A stretch of DNA of 64,000 nt, from contig CM022674.1 in assembly GCA_012295275.1 (NCBI GenBank), positions 2,728,001 through 2,792,000 of the forward strand. The letters are read 5' to 3'. Source of the stretch: Chrysomallon squamiferum. Taxonomy: Eukaryota > Animalia > Mollusca. The translations under genes and the position numbers were made by a program. Positions 25,582 through 40,522 of this stretch are shown here, in pieces. How positions within the stretch are numbered: the stretch's first letter is position 1; every line of letters starts with the position of its first letter. The notes beneath the pieces are model-generated. The model was not told the DNA's origin. It ran no database searches and saw only the letters and a program-made list of their open reading frames with translations.

Positions 25582-25786
25582 CAGCTGAGATTGTTATTAC
25601 TGCTAATATTATTACTTCTCTAACTATTACGACTACTATTATAACTACTACTACTACTACCACTATTATTACTACTACCAACTCCAGCACGATCATTCAA
25701 AATGATCAAAAGTGAAATTAAAACTGTAACGTGAGACCTGTTATAGACGAAGAAAATAAGAGTTATCGTTCGTATATTTAGTGCAA

Positions 25787-27071
25787 ATGGCAGCGGAGGG
25801 AAGCCCGATTTCGGGCAATCAAACCCAACTGTCTCAAGGAGGCGCAAATCCACCGATACAAGAGCCAAAAACAGCAGGAATGCCTCTTAGTGACTTTGTT
25901 TTACAACTGGAAGACTATGCTCCAACAGTTAGTTAGATTGTCATTTATGTATTCATAAAACAATATACCATTATTCACGACTCGGCAATTCAAATTTGAT
26001 TTAATGTTTATTTTCAATGTTTATGATTTTGTCTGTACCATAATTTTGCGTAAACAAAATATTTTCGAAAAAAAAGTGTATTATATTATTTTATGTTTTA
26101 TATATTATTATATAGATAGATAGATATATATTTGGTGTATGTACTCACATGATTATTTATATAATACTCAGATACCAGATTCTGTAACAGCATTCTACTT
26201 GAACCGGGCTGGTTTTGAAGCTTCAGACCCAAGAATGTAAGTGGTTTTTTTTTTTGTTAAATACATAATTACAGTAAGCTTGTTTTAAACTTTAATATTT
26301 CATTGTTATTCTTTTTAATATTTTCATTTTATGATAGTATATCAGTGTCATTCTAATTTTGCTTCATTTCTCTTAACTGTTTAAACGAACGTATTGATTT
26401 TTAAGATATATAAGTAATATTTATATATCCTTTTTTTTTAATAAGTTGTTTATTATTTAATATTAATTTTTTAAATTTTATTTTAGAGTTCGACTAATTT
26501 CTCTAGCAGCACAGAAATTCATATCAGATATAGCTAATGACGCACTACAGCATTGTAAAATGAGAGCATCAGGTCAGAGTTCAAAGAAACAGGGAAAGGT
26601 AAACAACATGAAGTTTAACTATGAATTATCGAATAAAACAGATTATTAATGCCACATAACATAAACAAAATATGTAAAAATGATTCATAACGGCACTCAA
26701 GACCCATGAAAATGAAAAGTTTGAAAAATTTATCAAATTTAAGTATTTAAATAATCTTGAATATAGAAAAAAAAATGTTCGAACTAAAGTCAATGAAAGT
26801 ACATGAAAAAAAAAAATATTTCGTTGCTTATCAAAGATTTTTTTCTTGATTTTTCCTTGTACTGTTTATTTCATGTGAAATAATTTCTTTTTTTTCAAAA
26901 TCTTGAGGTCAGTGTGTTGTATTCTCAAAATCAGTGGAATCTCATCAGTGGCTGATATTTATCATTTTTTTTTATTTCCAGGACAAAAAGCACACACTGT
27001 CGATGGACGATTTAGCACCTGCATTGGCAGAATACGGAATCAATATAAAGAAGCCTGCATATTTTGTTTGA
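25787..27071 (+). CDS. TAF10: Transcription initiation factor TFIID subunit 10 (135 aa)
   Basis: Exons 25787-25927, 26172-26236, 26487-26598 and 26982-27071 (GT-AG). Protein: MAAEGSPISG...PLSDFVLQLEDYAPT IPDSVTAFYLNRAGFEASDPRI VRLISLAAQKFISDIANDALQHCKMRASGQSSKKQGK DKKHTLSMDDLAPALAEYGINIKKPAYFV*, the canonical TAF10 histone fold. Confidence 0.97.
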
Positions 27072-30000
27072 GGTTGTTTTTTTTGTTTTGTCATCAGTTT
27101 TGTAAGTGAAAATCAAGAACAGTCTGGCATCCATGTTAAAAAGTTTCACAGATTATCATGAAATTTTTAGTGTTTTTCAGATTTTTCATTAATACTTACA
27201 ATTTAACAACTTTGGGAATTTAATAGTGATTTTTGTTTTGTATTGTGTGTTTGGTCATGGTTAAAATTAATTTAAAACAAAAAAAATATATATATATATA
27301 TATATCAAATGGAATTATAGATCTTAAAAAGAAAGAAAGAAAGAAAAATTGTTTGGTCATGCCCTAAAATGTTTAAGAATGAACATACTGGAGATCCTTA
27401 TTGATAAGACAAAGAAATATAAATAAATAAATATCTGAAATTTAAAAAAAACATGAAATAAATTCATATATCATCTGGGACAATTAAAATCTTTATAACT
27501 GTTACACGACAATTTATTTATTTTTTTCATTTATTTATTTATTTACTTTTATTTCTTTATTAAGGATATTTGGAATATGACTAAAAGGGGCATTATATCA
27601 TTATAAATTTGAGGTCAGTAAACTTCACTAATTAATTTTTGGACACCACTGACCAGGGGCTAGAAGTTAATTTTAAGAAATGACCAGTGACAGAATTTTG
27701 ACTTTGACTTCGTCTTCGAAGTAATATTAAGTTTGTGAAGAATAGTTATTTGTATTTAAATATTATATTTTGTTATTTTATATAAATATTAACATAATAC
27801 TGACAGTATTTTATAACCTGTTTTATTCATTGATGTAAAAAGTTGCTGTGACATTCACCATATAGTTTAGAATTAAGCAGTAATGATGTATTCTGTGCAT
27901 GTTTAAAACAACTTTAATAACTTTGGTTCTTTTTTCTTCTTTTTTTTTTTCAATGTTACTAAATTGTTAAATGAATGATTTAAATTTTTAATAAATAACT
28001 GCCATTATTCTTGCCAAAATAAATAACTTGTACTCATATTAAAATTTAATGCAGTTGTGTTTGTCAATCATTTTAAAACTTGCATTCAGTGTTTTTAGTA
28101 TTTCAGAACATTTTCAATAACTAGATGTAAAGAATATGAAAAACAACTGTCCATTTCCTGCTCTTTTCTTAGTAGCAAGTCTAACATTTCGTTTTTTTAA
28201 AAATATTTTATAGGCATATTAAAATAATCAAATTTTATTTTTATTTTTATCGGATATTAAAGAGATACGATACAAAAATTAGGCAGCAGCAGAGCTTTGT
28301 ATATATCAGTGTAAATGCTTTCGATATGGTAGTCAGTAAGGTATTATTCATATTATCAAACTTAAAGACACATTTAACAGTCAAGCTTAGATCATTTTTC
28401 ATTCAAATTGTATAAAGCTGTTACCACTGTCAGATTGTGGGACAACATTAAATAAACTTTCCCTCAAATAGACAAAGTGATTCACTGATATAGAAGTTTT
28501 TAATTGTTAAAAAGTTTTTGTTTAAAAGAGTATGGTTTATAATGGTTATAGTCAGCTTTCCTAACTTTCGATTGCTACAGCAAACATGAAATTCAATGCG
28601 ATCGAAACAGTCTTGTTTTGTAAATTAGAAACAGGAGGCAACATTCTGATTAAATCATTTGTTCATTTGTATATTTAATATTCTGGTATGTGTTGTTAAA
28701 TATTCATTCCCTCATCTTTTAATATGAACTGGATTGGGGAAAAAAAAGAATTGTACATAATTATTTGCTGTAATATAGTACTTGTAACAAATAAAATGGT
28801 CATGTAATTGTTTGGTGTAGTTTATTTTGATGCTTTTTGTGTGTGTGTGTGTGTGAGACAGATTTTTGACAGATGTACAAACTTGCCTACATAAACACAG
28901 ATTTGTGTTAAAGCTGAACTTAAAAAAAAAAAAAAGAAAAATAAATGTGTACTATTTCTGATGTAAAATGAATGTGCATTGCATAAAGAGTGTGTTCACT
29001 GTATTTTTCTTTCTTGGTGGTGTAAAAAATTGTTCAGCCTCTGTCTTCTTTTGTTTTGTAAGACTGTTTTGTTTATCAGTGTTAAGAATCAATTGTTACA
29101 ATAATCCATCCCTACTCTGTACTGCCCATTTTTTTTTATAAAAAGAATATCGCAATTCTTTAATACTTTCCAGCTTTGTGCAGTAATTTGTCTGTCTATC
29201 TCTATATCTGTGTGTGTGTGTGCGTGTATATATGTAGTATATATAATCACTTAAAGAAACGCACACTTGCAAACAATAATAATTAAAAATTTAAAAAAAA
29301 ATAAAAAAATACCAATACTGGAAAAGATGTAAAGTCGTTTATGGTGTCAAGAATTAATTCACTAGACTTTTACTGTTGCATATCAGTAATTTTACAGCTA
29401 GTTAATTACCGTCAGTCGAAACATCAAATTAAATTTCGCATAATTGGATTGCGTTTTATTCCAACTGTAGCTTTAAATGTGTGCGTCTATAAGAATAGCA
29501 ATTTATACAAGAATCTTATTTTCTCATATATATATATATATCAGTATGTATGTATGTATGTAATAAAAGGCCAAAAGTGAGAGGCAAAAATATAGTTATG
29601 ATCTAAATGGCATTATTCAGAGTTTTGATTTGCTGGTCAAAAATTAATAAAACGAACAGTTAAGATTCGCTAACATGCATAAAGATCACTTATCCAGTTT
29701 GGAAGAACTTCGATGATTCAGAACGGTAATGTGATATACCGCTTAAAATCCTAGCTACTTTCTGTGTCCGAGTTCCAGTAAGCTGTTAATATTTATATTA
29801 GTCATTAGTAAACATGAATAACACAAGTTCACTACGTGGCTCTTATTTTTGGTTTCCGAAAGATTTCGGAAATGACTCCGAATATGACCGATCTTTAATA
29901 TATTCAGGACACATTCCGTTACAATATTACCGATACGACTAATAATAATAATAACAATTATTATTATTATTAATTTATTTAATATTTACTTTTTTTCTTT

Positions 30001-30324
30001 TTTATTATACATTTATGTGAGAGAAAAAAAAATATATTGCGTTTATTTTATTAATTTGCGAAAAGAAAATAGTTGTCTGACATCCTTATATTTACGTTAA
30101 TAATAATATGACGTCATACCATCATCATCATCATTACTATTATGTTAATGTATGTATACCTGAATTGAGGCTATGGGTGTTTATGCAGGTTAGAATTTAT
30201 ACATGAATTCTGTTTGTATATAGTGCAAAAGATAACGTTTGTGTATTTTTGAGTCTTTATTACTTGAAGCTTTAAACTGTTTCAGACAAACACTATCTCC
30301 TCCTCTTAGCTATTTCTTAAAAAA

Positions 30325-30356
<32 letters not shown>

Positions 30357-30533
30357 CGAATTTAAATTAAGATGACAATTCAATCGTGTAAAATAGCGAT
30401 GGAAAATAAACAGTTCGTGAAATTGAATACTGATTTTTTACTTTTTATAATTTTTACATATTTTTTATTTTTTTGAAAAAAAACAACAAATAGTTAATTT
30501 GAAACAGATTTTTTTTTTTAATAATTTCTCCAT

Positions 30534-30579
<46 letters not shown>

Positions 30580-31792
30580 CTTCACTTGTTTTCGTAATTT
30601 AAATTTTCTCTTTATGTGTCACGTCAAAAATACAGATTCATTTAAAGATACTAATGAGACGAACGAATGAAAAATATGGAAACAGTTTTTTTTTTCTTTT
30701 TCGTTTTTTTGCTTCTTCTTCTTAAATGAGATATATTTTTTATAAAATTGATTGAAATACTTTATCCTTTGGCTTTAACTATTCTTGAATCTATCTTCGG
30801 TAATCAAAGTTTATTTGAAATAAGGACACTTTTAGAACGCATTGGTTAGTACTCTCTTACTGGCTAGAGAATGTCGGCCATTTTATAATTCTCAGTCTTC
30901 CGAAGAAAACAGACTATTTCTGGTAGTAGAATCTGTCTGTATGTGTATCTACTTACTTATCTACCCATCCATCCATCCATCCATTATCCATCCATCCATC
31001 CATCTATCCATCCATCCATCCATCCATCCATCCATCCATCCATCCATCCATCTATCTATCTATCTATCTATCTATATTGAGAAAACAATACTATGATATT
31101 ATACGTCTTAAAGCACAGAATTTTGAGGAAAAATTTGAGAAAGCATATAAAGAATTAACCACTGTGCTAAATATTAAATACAGTACTTGGCGAGAGAGGG
31201 AGTACACACGTACGTACGTATATGATTAGACACATGCATTAACTATAACGACCACAATAATCTTTTCTCTCTTTAGCTGTTTTGTTATTCAAACCGAACT
31301 ACGGGAGTATAAGCTTTAATAACTAAAATGAATGTAACTTAAGTGAACAATGAGTAAATACAATCGCAGAACTGAAGTAAAGACATTTAAAAAAAAAAAA
31401 AAATTAACAATCTATTTAAAACTTCTGAAGTACACACACTGGTGGAAAAGTAACTTCATGCCGCCTCGCCGGAAGGGCTCTTTTTCTGAGTTCACAGCGA
31501 GAGTTCTTTTTTGTACACACAGCCTGCCTGTGTGGAAATAATGAGACGTAGACGACTGAAGACGTATCTGAAGCGACTCCCACTGGCTAGGACTTCATGT
31601 GTAGGACGGTTTTTTTTTTTTGTTGTTGTTTTTTTTGTTGGTTCTGGAGATATATTTGTATACTTTGAAACAAGTTACTTGGAGCCAGGGGGCTTAGGGA
31701 AATGAAAATTTAAAATAAAAAATTAAAGATTCCTGCTGTGAGTTATTGAATTTAGTGAGTGAGTAAAGCTTGACATCACATTTTTATCTGAT

Positions 31793-32101
<309 letters not shown>

Positions 32102-33981
32102 GTTCCGTCTTGTTACAATGAAGAAGGTTTCGCGTATATCATTTGTTTCTGTATTTGTCCTATTACTGTTATTTGATGGCAGGGCAGATTGACGCACAGG
32201 CACTGAGCCGCACTCAGTCTGTAAAGGTTTTGTCAATCCAAGAGTTAGTTCCCTTACAACAATCAACAAATGAATCCTCTGCCTGTTTCATAGCGACAAT
32301 AAATTGTTGCTGTTGTTGTTACCATTGTTTCTGTTGTTGTATTCGCTATTATTATTATTATTGTTGTTGTTGTTGTTATTACTATTGCTTTTGTTGTTAT
32401 TACTATTGCTGTTGTTGCTATTACTATTGCTGTTATTATTATTACTATTGATTTTGTTGTTATTACTATTGCTGTTGTTGCTGTTGTCACGGTATACTTT
32501 TAATCATTTTACAACATCGTATGATATAGTGTTTACATTCGTATGTATGCGTGTATGGACATAGATATATAAATGCATGCATGTGTGCATGCTTATACGT
32601 ATATATGTTTGCATATGTGTATGTCTTGTTTGTCATCTTTGTATATATATATATAAATATGCGTGTGTGTGTGTGTGTGTGTGTGTGTGAACGTGCGTGT
32701 GTCTTTTCCGTTTCTTTTGAGAAATTATATTATAAAAGAAACCAGGAAAAAAAAAAAAAAAAGAAGACGAAGAAGACGAAGAAGAAAAGAAAATCTGTTA
32801 AAGTACACTGCCATTTAATAACCGAAGCCTTTAGCAGAAATTAATTTCCTTTTTTTTTTTTTTTTGGCGTTTAATTTTTTTTCTTTTTTCTTTTTCTTTC
32901 CTTTCGGTAAACTCGACTCTTTAAATGCCAGTGAAACGTGAACTACTGAACTGAAGACGTCGTGGAAATTACGATGTCGTTACGTTTACAGCGAAAAAAA
33001 AAAAGCGAAGAGTCAGAAACCATTTATTAAGAAGAGCCAGTTTTGTAAACAGCTCTTGAAATAAAAAAAACCCGCAAGCAGTGTATTTGCATTTTGTTAT
33101 TCATCGAGAGTGTCGTGTTGTTTTTCCGCTTAATGTAGTCGTAGCTGTTGCTGTTGTTATTTATTATTACATCAGTAGAACTACTAGCAGTCGCAGTAGA
33201 TAGTAATAATAGAAGCAGTAGTAGTAATAATAGTAGCAGTAGGAGGAGTAGTAGTAATAGTAATAGTAATAATTACGCAAGCAAATGTTTTAGCAGCAAT
33301 AGCAGTAGTGGTAAAAAAAATTAATAATAAAAGTTTAAATAGCACGTGATCCAAATAGCGACTTTGGAACCAGCATTAGGAGTAATAGTGGTGGTGATGG
33401 TCGTAGTTGCAGAAGTAGTGATAGCAGTGGTTGTCTTTAAAGAACTAGTATAAATAATATAAGCAGCAGAAGTATATTTAAAGTTATTGTGATAGTAGTA
33501 GTAGTAGTAAAAGTAGTGGTATTAGTAGTACCAATAATGAAAGCAGCACTGAACCAACATTGCAATATTGGTAGTAATATTAGTAATATAGAAATAATAG
33601 TCGTAGTATAGTAGTAGTAGTAGTAGTAATAGTAGTAGTAGTAGCAGCAGCAATAGCAACAACGGTAGCAGCAGTAGTAACAAGAGTAGTTAACGAGCCT
33701 ATTCGTAGTTGTGATTTGTTTATAGCCATGGAGCAATTTCTGGAACGGGAGAAAAACGGGATAGATGCATTACCCGATGAACTCTCGCACTTTGACATAG
33801 GCTCACGAAGATGTAATTATCAGAGCTTATTTACTGCGACAGTGTTTTAGATCATTCGATATTTCTTGCGTGTCTCAGTTTCTTTATCGCCTAGAATTCT
33901 CGTAATTCATTCATGTTTACCGATGTCACAGTAAGTTATTTTCAGATTTGTAATGACTATTATTATTATTATTATTATTAC

Positions 33982-34063
<82 letters not shown>

Positions 34064-34569
34064 CAACATTTATCTAGCACCTAAGTAAGTTCAAGAATGC
34101 TTTACAGTGTAAAGTAATCAACAAAAACATAAAAAGACACGGACATAAATGTATTACAATAAATGTAAACGTAATGGTGAATAGGTTAAAATGGTGGTAA
34201 AAATGATCTGTATCCGATTTGTTACTTTTCTTTCTATCAATCGCAAATACGTTTTTATTTGCATCTTTTCAGTAACTGGAAAACATGTCCTGTTTAACAG
34301 CAATAGCTATATTCGTCTGAATCACAAACAGTTCAGCTAGAACGTCAAAAAGTATCGATTCTAAGAGCATTCATATACATACATACATTCATGCATACAT
34401 ACGTAAGTACGCACGCACATAAATAACAAACAAACATAACTACGTATGCATACATATATTTCCACAAACAAATAAACGGACGCAAAAATGACGAAAGGCA
34501 AATAGCAGCGTGCTTCATAAGGAAGCGATGATTACCTTCGGTTATTCAGTAAATTACATTTTTGGGGTT

Positions 34570-34680
34570 CTTTTGATGGCGAAGCGGTAACGTCATTCGC
34601 CTATCGGAGTGCGGGGCCAATGGGTGCCTTACGTTCGAGTCTCGTCAGCGGCATCTGTGAGTTTATGATTGAATTTTAAA
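34570..34680 (+). mobile_element. tRNA-derived SINE head (Pol III A and B boxes)
   Basis: A box TGGCGAAGCGG (34577-34587) and B box GTTCGAGTC (34633-34641). The segment 34605-34657 recurs almost identically at 56929-56980. Confidence 0.7.
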
Positions 34681-35339
34681 GACGTTGTCATCAAAGGCAG
34701 TCAAAACACATCATCAACAAAAACAAAGAAAAAAAACAACAACAAACAAACAAAATACAAAAAATGTATTTGCTCTTCAAAAACCAACAACAGCAAAATA
34801 CAAAAAAAAAAAAAAAAAAAAAAATGTATTTGCACCATTTATGTTAGAACGAATTACGTCAAGATCTTTAGACGATCGATATTTTGTTTTGGTTAATCGA
34901 TTTTAGTTAATGGCTGTTATGCAAGCATTGTTAATATAGGCAGTGAGTTTTTTGAAACATATTATTTCAGAAAAGATATTAACGTAACCTATATTTTGTT
35001 TTCTTTAATCGATATTTTCCCTTGCCCCAGATATTAGGACAAACTGGTGAAACATTTCGAAAATGCAGCAAGTGGCAACAAAAGACAATTTCAAAGAGAC
35101 TGTCCTCCCCGGAGACATTTAAATAAATTGGAACCATCTGCAAATTTAATTATTTTCTTTCCTTCTTTTAAAATTTATTATAATTTTTTCTTTCTATGTA
35201 ACGACAAGCAAAGAAGGGTTGAAAGTTTTAAAATGAAAGGTTTTGAAACATGCACGCGTACATTCATACATACATACATACATACATACATAAATACATA
35301 CATACATACATACATACATACATACATACATACATACAT

Positions 35340-35374
<35 letters not shown>

Positions 35375-35563
35375 TACATACATACACACATAGATTACAT
35401 AACACATAAATATAGAAAGGGAATCATATTATAAAGAAATTGCATAATATTAAGTTCGTTACAAAATAAAAACATATTTTCAAATTTAAAAACAAAACGA
35501 TAGATTGATTTTAAATTTTTTATTTCTAGAAATTAAATATATATATGTATGTATGTATGCACA

Positions 35564-35639
<76 letters not shown>

Positions 35640-36285
35640 AATATTACATTTTTTAAAAAGAATAATGGTTCTTCTAGCTTTTTTTTAAAGAAATATTTTT
35701 ATATCTTTGTTATAACTTCGTAATTTTTACATTATATAAAAGTCTCCAGTCGGCAACATTATAAAATATTAAAACCGGTATTCAAAACCTTTTCATTTCA
35801 AGAAAAATAATAAAATAAAATAAAATAAAATAAAATAAAATAAAATAACGACGTGTCATCCTGAGACAAGATAATTACAATGCAAAATAGTTAAATGTAT
35901 GCGTGTACGTGTGAGTGTGTATGTGTGTACAGTTCTTTTCTGTTTATACAGTTTATAAACCTTATTTTTGTGATGAAAAAGCAGCAGACACAAGCACTGA
36001 TTAAAAAGAAAAGGAGTTCTAAATTGACGTATCATCCTTTTTTCTTTCTTTTTTCTTCTTCTTCTTGGTTTTTTAATTTTTTTTTAATTTTGTAAAAAGA
36101 GAAAAAAGTGTCTGCTAGAAGTGATTATTGAAGTGTGTTTGAGAAACGTGTCAGCCAGTGCCCACGGGAAATACTGGGTCAATGTGGTAGCAATATTTTA
36201 TATTTTTTAAGTTGATTATGTCGGGGAATGCAGAAAATGTTTTCTTCTTCTTCTTCTTCTTTTTTTTTCTTCTTCTTCTTCTTCT

Positions 36286-36367
<82 letters not shown>

Positions 36368-36453
36368 ATCTCTATGTCTCTCTGTCTATTTCTCGTCCCC
36401 CTCTCTTTCTTTTTCTCTCTCAACTAAATACTAGTTTAGTTCACATAGTGACA

Positions 36454-36490
<37 letters not shown>

Positions 36491-36615
36491 TATGTAAACA
36501 AGTTGCTATTGATAAAATTACACATCTTATTGTAACAAGTATAAAAGAAAATTCTGGAAAAGACGACAAAAAGATAATGAAGTAATGAGACCAACTAATG
36601 GAGAGAGAGAGAGAG

Positions 36616-36692
<77 letters not shown>

Positions 36693-37925
36693 CGAAAGAA
36701 AGAAGATGGAGAAAACAAAATATATGAACATGCTCCTTTCCTTCCCATTATATATGACGTCATTAGCACACGACGTCATTTAAACAGCGGATTAGAAACA
36801 CACCGAATGCATCCTCAGATTAAATGGCACTTCTTCTTTCCTTATTACTTTTGCTTTAACATAAATATTACCCTGCTTTGCGCTTGGTCGTTTATTATCA
36901 TTCATTCTTCGCAGTTTAGTTCGCTATTTTTGCGCACCAGAAATTCGTGCGGTGATGACCAAACACGATATCGGTCAATTAAGCGCAGTTTAATAAGAAA
37001 GAGATTAATGGTTCACGTGGCAAGGAACGATCCCATAAGGCATCAGTGTCGAGAGAAAACGACGAAGACGATTCATCATCGGACACTCCCAGATCTAGAA
37101 AGGGTCAGGTTACTAAGGTGACAACACAGAGACAATGGATAATGCATTCGAAGACGGTTGTTCTATTTCTAAGGCAACTGGTTTACGAGAATCGGTTATA
37201 ATTAAAACCCTTTTTTTTCCGTTCAAGAAAAATTGTTCTGTGAATGTATATCGTGAGTGATGCCTCTTAAGTGGAACTGGTAACAACACGTGTTATTAGT
37301 TATTGTTGTTGTTGTTATTACTATTAATTAATTAATCAATCAGTTTATTATTATTTTATTTATTTATTTATTTATTTATTCATTTATTTATTTATTTATT
37401 CATTTATTTTTTTAAATTTATTTTGTATTATATTATTTTATTTATTTATTTATTTAAATATTTATTTATGTAGTCATTCATTTATTTATTCATTTATTTT
37501 ATTTTGTATTATATTATTTTATTTATTTATTTAAATATTTATTTAGTTATTTATTCATTAATTTTAATTTATTTATATATTTATTCTTTCATATATTTTA
37601 TTTTACTTATTTATTTATTTATTTATTTTACTAACTTATTTATTTATTTAAATATTTATTTATTTATTTATTTTAATGATACTAAGTACTACTTTTCCCG
37701 TAGACACAGTAACCCAATTGTTTAAATTGTTTTATTATTTTTTTTTTTTATTATTTTTTTTTTTTTGTTTAACCATTTGTCGCAGATGTCTCATTCTTTT
37801 TATCTCCTTCCAGTGAATTCAAAATAATTTCGTTGAATTCGGTCAAGCTATAAAACAAACGACAACAACAGCAACAAAACAACAACGATGATGATGACGA
37901 GGAGGGGGAGAAGGAGAAGAAGTAT

Positions 37926-37958
<33 letters not shown>

Positions 37959-37979
37959 AATAATAATTATAACAATAAC

Positions 37980-38020
<41 letters not shown>

Positions 38021-38021
38021 C

Positions 38022-38096
<75 letters not shown>

Positions 38097-38696
38097 TAAT
38101 AAACTCGTTTCAGTTATAAATAATGACAACCATCATCATGATGATGATGATATCGCTGATTCTCTTGCTACATACCGATCGCCCGAAAAACGATCCATCA
38201 TTTTGAAGATTTTGTATCACACACACACACATAAAATTTCTATCAGTACCATTTCGCTGTTTCAGTTTGTGAGTGGGAAATAAAGACATAACACACATAA
38301 TGGTGATGCTTCCAGCTAATGACCTCCGTCTTTCAGTTCAACGTGAACTGAAAACGTGTGGGAGACAGGATCTCACATACACCTTCAAATGTAATTGCAT
38401 TTACAATCGCTGCGCCGTTTTATTCTTGTCCAGGAGAAAGATTTTTCTTTTCATATAGGGTTGCAGTTTATTAAATTATTTGTTGTCATTCGTGATAAGG
38501 TGGACCTATTCAACCCGTAGACACACTCTGCAAGCGCATTAGCGAGGTGAATAACGAATAGTTGTATTAAGGTGAGACAGAGAGAAAGATTTTAACGAAT
38601 AAATAAAAGAATATTTTAAACCTGTTTATGTGCATTAATGGTTTGGAATTGAGCTGTGTAATCGTTATATACTTAGTCTTTGTTAAACGTTGTCTG

Positions 38697-38845
<149 letters not shown>

Positions 38846-39095
38846 TTTACACCTCCTTTGAGTTAGCTACTGCTCGCTAAAAAAACAGATTTTTCAGTGA
38901 GGCTGTTTAATTTAAAAAAATATTGACACAGTGAGAACGTAAATCAGTAGGAACCAATTGATACCAGCTTATTGTTTGTTCTCAAAAACGTCCAGAGAGC
39001 TGTCTCTGTGCATTTGAACTGTGATGGAGCTTTTGTTAAAATGGTAGAGAGCAAGTTAGACAGTTTAACTAATGATGATTATTCAAGATGATGAT

Positions 39096-39134
<39 letters not shown>

Positions 39135-40041
39135 GCCTTAAAAAGCCTCTGATTAATGTACGAATCATTTACCTATTTCGAATAGGTTTTTAAAAAACAA
39201 TAAAAAACAAATAAAACACCATCACCAACAAAAAAACAACAACAACATATATTGTTATATAGATACACTTTGCGTTATATCTGGGTAATATAGTAAGTAT
39301 TCATACCACAGAATGTTCTGAACAAAATTAAAACTTTTTGTCTCTCTATCACACTCTCTCGCTTTCTCTCTTTTCCTCTCATCATCATCATCATCATTAT
39401 TAATCATTATCATTATCATCTCTTCTCTCTCTGGCAATGAAACAAAATTGACATAATTCATCTCTCCTTTTAGATATAATTACAAGCTCTTCTGAAAATC
39501 AAAACAAAATATATATATATATTTTTAAAAAAAACGGGGGGAAAAAAAAAATTAATTAGTATTAAAGTTATTTTCCTCCAACAAAGCTTAATTTATTTTA
39601 TTTTTTTTTTTTTCTTCCCTATTTCTTTTCCACATCTGAGGTTTTTTTTTTTTTTATTATTTTTTTTTTTTTTGATTCCTTAATATTGCGAACGTAATTT
39701 GTTATCCTTTTTCAGACAACGAATTACGGGCAAACCGTAAATTCACAGCTGACTTCGAGTTGGGCCGCCAGACTTCAGACGTAAAAGTTACCACAGAATT
39801 CTGCTCGGCTCTGTCGAAAAAAGGAATCAACAATGTTTCCCCCAGGCCTCCTTGGGCATCATCATCATCATCATATTTAATAGTCTCTTATTTAAGGCAG
39901 ATTGTATGTGATAAGCTCAGAGGCTGGTGACTCCGCTATTAACTGCCGTATGTTAAAGTGAATATGCCTGTTATTTGTTACTGATGTTGGTAGCACACAC
40001 ACGATCATTAATGCAAGATTTATGGACACAAAAGGTAGAAA

Positions 40042-40081
40042 GTGGGGGGTGGGGGCGGGCGGGTCGCGGGGGGCGGGGCGG
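40042..40081 (+). other. G-rich tract: potential G-quadruplex / GC boxes
   Basis: gtggggggtgggggcgggcgggtcgcggggggcggggcgg: six runs of three or more G with 1-4 nt loops. Confidence 0.6.
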
Positions 40082-40379
40082 AAAAGTCGTGTATGGGTAT
40101 GGCTTCCATAGAAATCGAGTGAAACCTTTATTCTGTTTGTTGAGACGAAACAAGCTAGGTGATTTTAAAGGGTTGTGGTTGTAGAGCGGAATGACAGGCG
40201 AGTGATTGCAGTTCTGTTCTTTTGTAATTATTAATCAGAGTCTTTTGTAGGCGTCCATTCCGTAACATTACCAAGAATGATGTTTAAAAAAAAAAAAAAC
40301 AACGAAAGCCGTTTAATATGTGACAAATAAAATAATTTTTAGAAACTGTTATTATTATTGTTGTTGTTTTCTTTTGTTC

Positions 40380-40426
<47 letters not shown>

Positions 40427-40472
40427 GTTATTGTTATTATCATTATTGTTATTGTTATTATTATTATTGTAA

Positions 40473-40522
<50 letters not shown>

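Noticed and set aside
34570-34660. Functional tRNA gene
   Set aside because: A and B boxes are present, but I cannot fold a proper acceptor and anticodon stem, and a truncated second copy points to a SINE.
38511-38530. aacccgtaga resembling the 5' end of miR-100
   Set aside because: Only 10 nt match, the rest diverges and no hairpin is evident.
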